A stretch of DNA of 64,000 nucleotides from Vicugna vicugna (Eukaryota): NCBI GenBank assembly GCA_013265495.1, contig MU058540.1, positions 1,203,696 through 1,267,695 on the forward strand, read 5' to 3'. The notes beneath the pieces were generated by a model. That model saw only the letters and a list, made by a program, of their open reading frames with translations. It was not told the origin of the DNA and did no database searches. Numbering within the stretch: the first letter of the stretch is position 1; each line of letters starts with the position of its first letter. This document shows positions 47,495 to 57,965 of the stretch, one piece after another. The position numbers were made by a program, and so were the translations under genes.

Positions 47495-50400
47495 TTTGAA
47501 GGCATCTGGCCAGGAAGAGGGAAGGCTTTAATGGAAGGGCTGCTGGACTCCCTAGTGGTGGAATTTACTGTGCTCTGTCAGATAGTGGGGTGTGGGCTCC
47601 CTGGCCCTTCTCCAGTCACCTTGTAAGACTGACCCGCAGCGTCCTTTGCCCTGCAGGTGGGTCAGAAAAAGAAACTGGAAGATTCTGACTTCTCTAGGGC
47701 TGCAGTTAGTGCAACTTCATACAACTCAGAAAATGACACCCTCTTCTTTCTGGATAGCATAGTTTGGTGAATGGAGCCCAAGTGGAACTCCAGCTCCCTT
47801 GTGTCCCCTCTCTGGTGCAGTGCCCAACCTTCTGCACTTTACGTGGCAGCCCTGCAGTTTCCTTAGGTGAAGAGAACGCCAGCAAGAGAAAAAGGTGTCC
47901 TCTTTCATTTCATGTCTCCCTTTCAAGGGCTCCTTTAAGTGACAAGGAAGGAAAGGTCAGGGTGGGGTGGGCAGGGATGGAGGGGGTGCAGGGTTGCGGG
48001 GGACAGAGGGCAGGCCTGGAATCATTTCAAGTCCTTCTGTGCAAACACATGTGTGTGCTGTGGGCCCACATTATTTACCCAGGCAGAGCCAACAGCCTGC
48101 TCTGCCCCTGGTTCCCCATCCCAGCCTGGGCCCACGCCCTACCCTCCAGGTGGCCCCACCCCTGGAGAGCCCCTCTCTCCACCCCACCCCTCCTTCATCA
48201 TCCTCTGCCTGCCTCCCGCCCCATCCATGTCCCCAGAACTCCCCAGCCTGCCACGTTAGGACAATCTTTGCCAACACCTTGGGCTGTGTGCCAAGGAGAC
48301 AGAACCTTTTCCAAGAGGCAGGAGAACTTGCTTCCCTCGTGGCCCTCCTGTTTGCTTGGCCTCAGCCATAGGTAGGATGGGAAGCAACTGCTATGTTTCT
48401 GGGCACCGTGGCATGAGGGGTCAGTGAGGATGAATGGGCAGGGCAGGTGGCAACATTTGCCAGGCTGGGATGTGATGACACATCCCTGACACATTTGTCG
48501 AGTGAGCTTCGAAGCCCTGGCCACCATCCCCCTCCCCGGGCGAAAGGCAGCTCAGGCCTTAGGCTCATTCCTGCGTTGTAGAGGGAAGTTATGATGCACA
48601 GAGCTAAGGGACTCAAATCCTGGTCTTTCGGTTCCTGGCCAGGGGCTCCTTCACCAGCAGAGACTCCCTCCTCCACACCCTACATTCCAGTTCCCTGTCA
48701 CCTTGCTCCTAAATGCCAAGGAACCTGCTCTCAGCCAAGGCTTGGTCCCAGCTCCAACACCTCCCTGGTGAAAAAGAAGTTAATGATTAACGGCGCAGCA
48801 GGAGGAAAGAGCCAATTGCCTGCAGGTGGGGAGGTGGTGCGGAAGGCTCAGACTGAGCAGCCCAGTCTAGGGAGACCTTGGTTTACTGGTCAGGGAGCCA
48901 GGGGCTGGCATGCCTGGCCTGCAACTCTGGCTCCTCCTCCAGGCCCTAGGGCCGGACTCTGGAGGGGAGACAATGTACCTCCTCTGCCTGGAGCGTTCAT
49001 ATAGGTAATCCCTCCACTACCCACAGCCTGTGTGACTGGGACTCAAGAGCCACATTTTATAGATGTGGCCAGTGCAGCTCAGAGAGATTATGCAGCTTGC
49101 CCGAGGTCCCCAGCTGGCCAAGTGCGGACTCTCCTCATTGCACCACATTCCCTCTGAGGCTCCTGCTCTGGCTGACCCCTTCTTCCCAGGGTCCTGTCCA
49201 CCTCCTGATTGGGCAGCTTGGCCTTCCAAAGTCCATTTCTGCCTCCTGGCTGCTCATTCCGCTGCACTGTCAAGATCATTTCCCTCCAAGACCCTTTCAT
49301 CAGGCACCCTGGTGCTCAAGAACCTCCCATGGCTCCCCATTTTCTGCCACACCTGATCCCAATGGCTGGTGCCTCTGAGCCACCTCCTACTCAGCCCAGA
49401 TAATCAGAGCTGGAAGTGACCATATACCATGTGATTGTTTTATAGATGAGGACAATGAAGCACAGAGGGGGAAACAGGTATTTTTCACTGGTTAGGGGCA
49501 GGGTCTGGATGAGAACCAGAGATCAACTTGGTGACCACATATGCAGGCTCTAATGAGAACAGTGTTTCTCCCTGGCCGCTGTGCTGTGGGCAGGGCATGG
49601 CTATTTTCTCTTGTTTTGTTGTCCCCCTGCTGACGATGACCCTTCCTTTTCAACAAAGTTCAGCCTAAAGCCCTCCTCCCCCAGGAAACCCTCCCCAACA
49701 GCTCCCTCCCCTGACTTTCCAGCTCTCCCCATCTGTGCCAGGCAATGATTATCATGGGTGATTGTCTACTCATGGGAACACATGGGCACTGGGAAAATGA
49801 GGCTCAGGAAGTGGCAGGGACATGTCCATAGTCACACGGCAGAGCCAAGACCAGACTAGAGGGCTGCTGACCCTCAGGTCACCACACCATAGGCCTAGGG
49901 TCCTGCGACAAGCCTGGTATTTGCCAGTTCCAGGTCCCAAGGGGCTGCCTGTCTCCTGAGCGATGCCTCCAGCTTCCAAACCTCGAACTGATCTTTTCTG
50001 AATTAAGCCACGTGTCTGGATTAAGGCTCAGCGTGTCCTGGCTCCCTCTTGCCCCAGAGGCACTGGCTCTGACTCCAGACAAAGAAATTTGGTAACAGCT
50101 GGTGGAGGCCAAGGCCCAGAGATGGGGCCAGATTCACAGGGTGGCAGCCAGAGGGATTAGCCACCTCGGGCCCCTTCTCTCAGCACCTCCCTTTCCCCCA
50201 GGAAGGCAGAACAAGGAGGGCAGAGGGACCCAAAGTTAGAGATTTCCAGCAGCTATTTCCTGCCCTTTGGGGCCCGGAATGTATTCCCGCAACTCCCCTG
50301 CCTCCCAGGTTCTCACTCTCACCCCCATGTGCAAAAATGCCCAGGTATCTCCTGAAGCCCCCACCCTGGGGAAATGGAGCTACCAGGAGGTCTTTACAAA

Positions 50401-53400
50401 GGCCCTGGTCTGTCATGGTGTTGGAGCCTGTCTCCCACATCCTGCTTAGGCCAGGCTCCCAGATCTCACCCCCAGGAGGTTGTGGGTGGGATAAATGTGC
50501 CTGAGCCCCCACCTCAATCCTGAGACAACCTTGTGAGAAGAGCACTGAGGAGGAGTGGATGGGGCGAGCATGTGGCAGAGCCTGCCATTCGGCCAGAGTC
50601 GGCCTCCTCCACCAATTGGGAGCAGACCTTCTCCAGTTTCACCTCTGCAGCCCACTGCCCCAGCTGTCAGTCCTTCCTTCCCTCCATCCAAGTGTCTGGA
50701 CCCGCATTAATGGGTCAGAATCAGGGAGCTTTAGGGGTGTGACCAAGATCTGGCCAGGAGCCATGCAGAGTGGGCAGGGGCCACATGGGCCTGTCCCCCC
50801 AATTCTGAGTCAGCTGGTCAGCACCTTGGAGAGAAGCTGGGCCTGCCCAGGCCAGTGCCCAGGACTTGCCTGAGCAGCTGTCTGAACACTCTCTGCCTCT
50901 GGCCCCAGACTCCCTGCTCCCTTAGACATTCCTTTCCCATACTGCCACTCCTCCTCCAGCCCCTTCCCTTCTCCTTGGATAGCTCCTGCCCTCCCATGAA
51001 AACCCAGCTCCGTTGTCCTTTGCCCTGCTCTTCAAGATAGCTGGACCCGCGAAAAGTGCCTGGCCTCCTCCTTACTGCCCACCATTCACTGTCCAGAGAG
51101 CTAGCCTCTCCCCACTGGATAGACCACCATCTTGTTCAGGAAGAGGGTCCCAGGCTGGCCACCCAGGGCCACTCCAGCTCTCTCTCAAGCACCCTATTGT
51201 AGCCATCCCTAAGCACCTGCTATCCCAGGAGTCTCCAAGGGCAGAGAGAAGGGACGGGGGTGCCTGGGAGTGTCTGAGGGAGGCCTGCCTTGTCCTGGGC
51301 TCAGTGTGAGAGGAGCAGGAGGGGTAAGTTTCTTCTAGACACCCAGGCTTTGCCCCACCTCCTCAGATCCCAGACTCATCCAGGCCACTGACCTAACTTT
51401 TGCAAAAGCAAAAGTTCAACCTGGGGAGCCAGCCCACAGGTGGGGAGCTGTGATGTGTGGGAAGCCTTGGGAGCAGGGAGTTGGGGGGCAGGGCCAGGTA
51501 GCAGGAGGATGGAGGATAAGAAATAAAAGAGTCAGGAAACATCATGGAAACACGGTCTGGTCTGCTTTTCCCATGGTTCCCATGGACAGTCAGGAGCCGA
51601 AGGCACATTTGTACCAACACCGTCTCCCACTCTTTCTCACAGCATGAGTACCATGGGCATCCACACCCCCCCCCCACTCACATCACTTCCAACCCTTCCA
51701 GGGATGAGGTAAAGGCCAACTAAACAAACAGCTTGTTGGGGCTCTCCCACTGTCTCCTGGGGCACCCAGTATTATTCCCACTTGACAGACACAGGGAGGT
51801 GGCTGCCTCGGGGCATGTATCCATGGTGACCGGACAGGGATTAGAGCTCAAGGATAAGCCCCATCCTTTCCAGATGGTGATGGTGGCTTGGCACTTTCCA
51901 ACCCCAATGGTCACCCCTGCTGACCATCCCTTTTGCCTTGTTCAGGCTACCCACTGAGCCCCACACTCTTCTGTACACCCTCCAGCACTCACTCCGGGAC
52001 AGGGGGTGTGAGGTTCCGAGAGCATCTCGTTCCCCATAGCCCTGCCCGACCTGGGCAGCCAGGTCCCTGACAGGGTGAGAACACATGGATTTCACCCAAC
52101 TTCTGCCTATAGCACCTTGGTTGATTCTCTTGGCCTCAGTCTCCTTGTCTGTAAAATGGGGACCCATAAATACAATGTATCTCTGGGGTTTGGAACAACA
52201 AGGCAGGACAGTGATGTGTGTACACATCACAAGAGGTGTGTGTAATGGGTCACCCTCATCTCCATTCTCACATGTCTCTGTGGCCCTCTCCAGGCCCAGC
52301 ACAGCGTTGGAGAGGCAGAGGCGCTTTGTAAATGCCTGTTGGTGAATCTGTAAAATCTTGACAGGGCTGAGGGAGAAAATGTGCCTTAAGCCCCAATCCT
52401 AGGGCCAGGGAACTCATCTTGGCACTTGGAAAGGAAGATTTAGGACAGAGGGAAGGCACTCCAATGTTACAGAAAATCTTAAAAGTCCAGAATGAACTGT
52501 CCTGAGAGGCTAAGAACAGAAATTGCTTCAAAAAAAGGTTTGAAGGATGGAGATGGGTTAAGAGGACGTTATGGGGCCTACCCCAGCCATGAAACGTCAG
52601 CAGAGACATATTGCCCCTCTGCTGAGGAGCCCTGCGGGGTGGGGCATTGAAGTCAGGCAAGAAGAGCTGGATCCCAGAAGCCTGCAGGCCAACTTGCTGC
52701 CCCAAGGGTAGTGACCTGGGCCCCGCCCATCACCAGTCCCAGGTGTTGGGACCCTAACCCAGGCAGTCACCCCCAGACCCCTTTCAATCGCAAAGCTAGA
52801 GGGAGAAGGAAGGGCCCCTTGATTCTGGTGGTGCCCAGAGAGACCTCATCGCCCCTTTCTACAGCTCCAGGTGGGCTGTGGTCCCTCTGGCCCCCAGCAG
52901 AGTCACACTCAGATCCCTGGCCCAGAAGGAGTGGTCCAGAGGGAGGAGGAGGCTCACCCTCCCCTCGCTCAGAGGCCCCTGAGAGGTGGGAGAGGAGAAT
53001 TTGGCAGGGGGCACCTCCTGGGCTGGGAACATGCAAAAGAGGCAGGGAAAGGAGCCTGGCATTAAATGTCAGGAAGAGCCCAGGGCAACTCGGCTTGTGC
53101 AAAGTTTGCTTTGGGAAGAGTTGTTCCACCTGACAGGCCACTCACTTGGCTGGGGGCGCAGGGTGGAGCATGCAATGAGGTGGGGGTTGGGGCACAGGGA
53201 GGGTCCCAGATCATTTTGAGCCCCAACTCCCTGCTCTCTAGCTCTGCCACTGGGGCAAGAGACTCAGTTGTCTCATCTGCTAAACGGGCTGTCAAGAGCA
53301 TGTCTTAAAGGGGTGTGGAGACTGAGGGGGAGGGTGGGTGGAAATTCCTTGTGAATTATGATGCGCTGAGCACGAGTGAAGGTGGCACCTAGGAGCAGGT

Positions 53401-55621
53401 GAGGGGATGAGGCTGGAGAAGAGGGGAGCGAAAGGTAATAGGGTGAAGAGTGAGGGAAGCAAAGGAACGTGGTGATAGTGGAGGGAGGGGCAGGGCGAAA
53501 GGGTGGAATCTGGGGGAGAGTTGAAAATGGTGGTAAGAGAGTCCTGGACCTTGCCCTGAGGTCATCCTGCTCTCTAACCTAGTCCAGGGCAGCTGCTGGC
53601 CTCATTCACCCCTCCCTGGCCTCTAGGAGGAGCCAGAGCCAGACCCCCTACTTCCCCTTACCTCAGACTAGGAGACAAGGCTGTGAAAGCACGCAAGTCT
53701 TGTAAACCTGGCAAAACCAGCTGGCCGCTGCCTCCACCAACTGCTATACAGCCTTCAAAACCCCACGTCAATCTGCCTCTTCCATGAAGCCACCCTTAAT
53801 AAAGGAGGCTATCTTGTCTAGCCTCATTTCACAGACAAGGAGCTGCAAATGCAGGGAGAAAAAGTGACCTGCCCAAGGTCACACACTGGGGGGCCCTAAC
53901 CTGCACTTTCTTGCCCTCCATCCAAAAGGCCTTGTCTCCAAGTTACACTCAAGCTGCACCAAGTTGTTAAGCACAAAGCTGTGATCTAACTGGTTCAGGG
54001 TTATTAACTTTATATATCTGCAGCAACTTCAGTGGTAGTAAGTGGGTTCTCCTGGTTCTACTTTCTGCCAACATCACACTTTCTGAGTATTGACTGATCA
54101 TCTGCTGAGTGCCACCCTATTCCCTCAGGCTCAGTTGACAGAGAAATTCTATCTAATTCAGAGGGTCCTTGTGAAAAACAAGTGACGTTGCAGCTGCCAA
54201 AAGGTTTTATAATTGGTAACACACAATAACCAAATTCAGCAGGGATTGACAGTCCAGCTCTGGGTCTCCCCACAGTGCATGGCTAAGAGGAAATGTTTGT
54301 CCATTCACTGTCAGGCTCTCAAATGGGAGGGTGGTCCCCTACCTCGCGGGAGACCACCTTCTCCATGCCCCAACTTCCCTGGGAGCTCTGAGGACGTCCC
54401 TCTCCTCAAAGTTCTGTGAGTTTGGGGTGAAGAGGCTCCAAGTTGGGAGTTCCTGGCTCCAGCCCTTCCCCAAGGTGGGCAGGCCGCAAGTGGCACTGGC
54501 CAGCTAGGTTGAGTCGTGGCCTGGGCCCACCTGTCTGGTGGAGAGTCTCCTGCGCATTCTTGCCTGCCCCCTTGGGCCTGGGGCAGCCCGGATGCCTGTT
54601 TGCTTTGTTACTCAGCCGAGCAGCTGGAGCTGGGGAGATGTCACTTTATTGGGGGTTGCTGTGACTCTATTTACTGGGGATGTGGGGGCAGGAAATGAGG
54701 CCAAGTCCCAGCCTGGCCACGGAGAAGCAGGAAGGCCATGCCTGTCATACAGGGGACAGGGCACTCAAGGCTTGTGGTCTAGGTAGGGGCTTCTGGCTGG
54801 GCCCAGTTGGCCTGGGGAGGTGGGGGGATCCGGGGCTAGCTCCTCAACGTGCACATACACACTCATGTGCACACATACCTCGTCCTCCTTCAGGGGAGCC
54901 CCCGGCCATCCAGACCCCTCAGCTTTCCACCCTGTTATTCCCACAACCTACTTCCCTCTCTCCCCACAGGCATCTGGCAAATCCTAGAAATAAGCACCTT
55001 CAAACCCACCCACTGCTCCCCGCATTGCTTTCCTCATGTGCCCAGATGCTCCCACACTTCTGTGGGTACCCAAGCCCCCAGGTGGTTTACTCTGCAGCTT
55101 CCCACCCCAGTTTCTGTGCCCACCACTGCTCCTCCCAACCCCTGGGCTTTGGGACTGAACCCCTGCTCCGACCTGGACCCTGGCCCTGGCCCTGAGCCTC
55201 TAGGCTCTAGCAAGCCCATGCCAACTTGTGACCAGGCCCCAGAGAGACCCTTCCCTTGGCAGAGCAGCTGTGGCTTGCAGCAGCAGAAAGGCTGCTTGTG
55301 TTTCGTTAGCCAAGCAGAACTGGCCTGGTCTCAGGCGCTGAGGCTCTGCACCTGCAGAGCTGCCTCCCCTCAGGCTGGACAGGCTGGGCTCAGTGTGGAG
55401 CCCAGACAGGGTCATCACAGACATGGGGCACCCCAGGCCTCTCCACGCCAGAGGCCTCACCCAGGCTCAGGGTCAGCCTAGGGAGGCAGACTAGGCAGTA
55501 CGCAGAGGGATTGGGGCGTCTGAGGCTGAAGGACCCAGGTCAGGGTCACTGATGCCCGGAAGACCAGTTCTGGCCTTGATAGCACCCTCCATTGCCCACC
55601 TCCCTACAGCTGGCAGGGGAA

Positions 55622-55659
55622 AGCCCCCATGGCAGGGCACAGCCCCCATGGCAGGGCAC
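55622..55659. repeat. Perfect 19-bp tandem duplication AGCCCCCATGGCAGGGCAC x2
   Basis: Read directly; about 20 nt inside SPDEF intron 1. Confidence 0.9.
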
Positions 55660-55678
55660 TGCCTCCTGCCAGACTTAC

Positions 55679-56077
55679 CCGTTAGCTGCCTGGTGCCCAA
55701 GGAGTCGTTCGCTGCTGTGCCAAACTCGGAGGCCAGGAGGAGGTGTGGGCAGCTTAGGCCACTGCTGTGTTTCAGCCGGGCATCTGGGGGGGCCAGTGCT
55801 ACCAGGGGCCGGCAGGGCTGGGGGAAGGGATGGCACGTGGGTGGGCCACTAGAGCTCTAGCCACCCTCTAAGGGTGGCCCTCTGAGGTCTTAGGGCTGTG
55901 TGTACTATAGGGAGCCCCAGTCCCCAGCCTAGGGCCACCTGCTGGCACTGTGGCAAGACCCAGACAGAGGGGCTTGGGAGGGAGGCTGCAGTGGGCTCAG
56001 GGGACTAGGTCTGCGGGGCAGTGTGGACACGGGCGGAGTGCAGGAATGTGCTGGGAGGAAGTCAGGCAGCGTGAGAT
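55679..56077 (-). other. SPDEF: SPDEF non-coding exon 1 (5'UTR; TSS approximate)
   Basis: Donor CTAACGG|gtaagt; the sequence (ctgacttcctcccagcacattcctgcactc...ggcaccaggcagctaac) resembles the human SPDEF 5'UTR as I recall it; a TATA-like element lies about 30 nt upstream. Confidence 0.85.
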
Positions 56078-56200
56078 GAAGAGTTGGCCAGGGCCTGATT
56101 TCCCATTATAAGTAATCCTTCCTTATTTACCTGAACAAATACGCTCCCTGCTTACCTCAGACCACAGGCGGGCTCCTGGTTAACCCTTGCAAGCTTCCCC
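56078..56200 (-). promoter_or_regulatory. SPDEF: SPDEF core promoter
   Basis: On the minus strand: TTATAAT at 56111-56105, forkhead motifs GTAAATA at 56130-56124 and TATTTGT at 56141-56135, and an ETS core GGAA between them and the TATA-like element. Confidence 0.7.
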
Positions 56201-57504
56201 CTCCTCGCTGGGGGATCCACACCCTGGCAGCCAGTGAACTCACTCACCCATTCATTAGTTGATACATAGCTACTGAGCTCATCTTATGTGCAAGGCACGG
56301 GGTAATAGTGAGAAGATTCCAGGCTCAGGCCCTAAAAGGGATCAGCCAAGAGCAGGGGACAGACAAGCAAGCAGTACTGGAAAAAGCCCAATGGAGGGCT
56401 GTAGGAGAGCACTGAGGGTGGGTACTTGACAAGGGAGGTCAGTGAGGGCTTCCTGGAGGAGGTGCTGTCTGGCTTTCCAGATCAGGGATGGAAGAAGCTT
56501 TCAGAGAACCCTGGGGAAAGGGACCTGAGAGTCATAAAACCACCCCACCCCATGCTCTCTGTGCCCCCCAGAGCCTGGCAGAGGCCTGTCATACAGAAGT
56601 GCTCAGGAGGGACTGGTAGCTCGCTTTTCCAGGCCCAGAGTGGCCACTGGCCAGCAGCAGCTTGCTCTCCTACAGTCCCTGAAGTGTGGAGGCAAGGAGG
56701 TAACTATTCCCAGGCACCCACCGCCCAGGATCCTCTACCTCCATGAGTTCAAGGAAAATCATGCAGCCAAGATCTCAGCTTCTTCCTCATCCTGCCAGCT
56801 GGGTTGAGGGATATCCCCGGAGGATAGGGACTGGCTCTTCCTTTCTCTGAGTCACCTTGGAAAGGCACCAAGCATCTGCAACCCCCATTCTGTCAGATGG
56901 GACCATCCTAGATAATATTTATTGTTATTTTCTAATTTCAGAAGTAATTGTGCGACTGCCTACGCATAAGTATTCTAGGGCTTCAGGAAGATTCCAAGGT
57001 CTTCAGAACTAGCCCCCTCACCTTAACTGATGTCAAAATTCAGTTGGTTGCATTTTTCACCCTGGAGAGCCTTGTGCTTAGCTATTATTGTTACCGGCAC
57101 CTTGGTAAGGATGAGTTATCATAGTCGTTCCCCAGAGAAGGTCGAGACAGGATGAGGCAGAGGTCTGAAAGGTAATACAAGGTCCTAAAATGGCTGCAAG
57201 TTGACCATCCCAGTCCTCTAGGATCAATAAAAAGGAAGACCTCCTACATTCCCAGGCAGGACCTCCTCTCCACTCTCATAGAAGCTTGCACTTATATCAG
57301 CACTCTGATGCAGTAATAATAATGCCACTGAGCACCTACTAAATGCCAGGTGCTGTTCATTGCTCTTGAGATACTAAGGTATTACGTATTTTGAGATGCT
57401 AAGCATCTTGAGATGCTAAGGTATTACTCATGTAATTACTCATATAAGGTATTATATCATGGGTAAGTAGAAAGAGTATGTAATAAATGCTTATTGAATG
57501 AATG

Positions 57505-57965
57505 GGGTGTCAGAGATAGTTACCCCAATGTCCATTCTCTCCCTTTCCTCAGTAAACAAACCCTTAGGTTTTTAGCTGGGAACTTGGCTACCTGGAATTT
57601 AGACTATACAAGATTCCCCTGCAGCTAGTTGTCATTTTCTAGGAATCTTTCTTAAAAGTAAATTAGCAAGAAAAAAAAAAGTAAACTGACATGTACCATT
57701 CGCCTCCTTCTTCTTTATTCTTCCTCTGTCTTACTGCCTGGGATGCAGCTGTGATGCCTGGAATTTTGACTGCCATTCTGACCATGAGGACAAGAAGATG
57801 GTTGAAACACTGAGCTGGAAGGAGTTTAAGTCTCTGAGTTCTGCATAAAACTTCTGTACTCGCTTTGGACTGTCTGTCTCAGGACTTTTATGAGGGAAAT
57901 ATAACTTTTGCTTTTGTTAAGTGGGATCTTTATTATTCAAAGCCAAGCCTGACTCTATCTGAGAC
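57505..57965 (+). mobile_element. Old MaLR (MLT1J/K-type) LTR upstream of SPDEF
   Basis: gactacaa/ttcccc...gcagctag, ctgcctgggatgcagctgtgatgcctgga...gccattctgaccatgagg, ttttatgagggaaatataac...tgttaag. Confidence 0.6.

Noticed and set aside
47764..55481. ORFs of about 200 aa at 47764-48375 and 54849-55481
   Set aside because: Non-ATG starts, no domain similarity I can recognise, intronic GC-rich sequence antisense to SPDEF.
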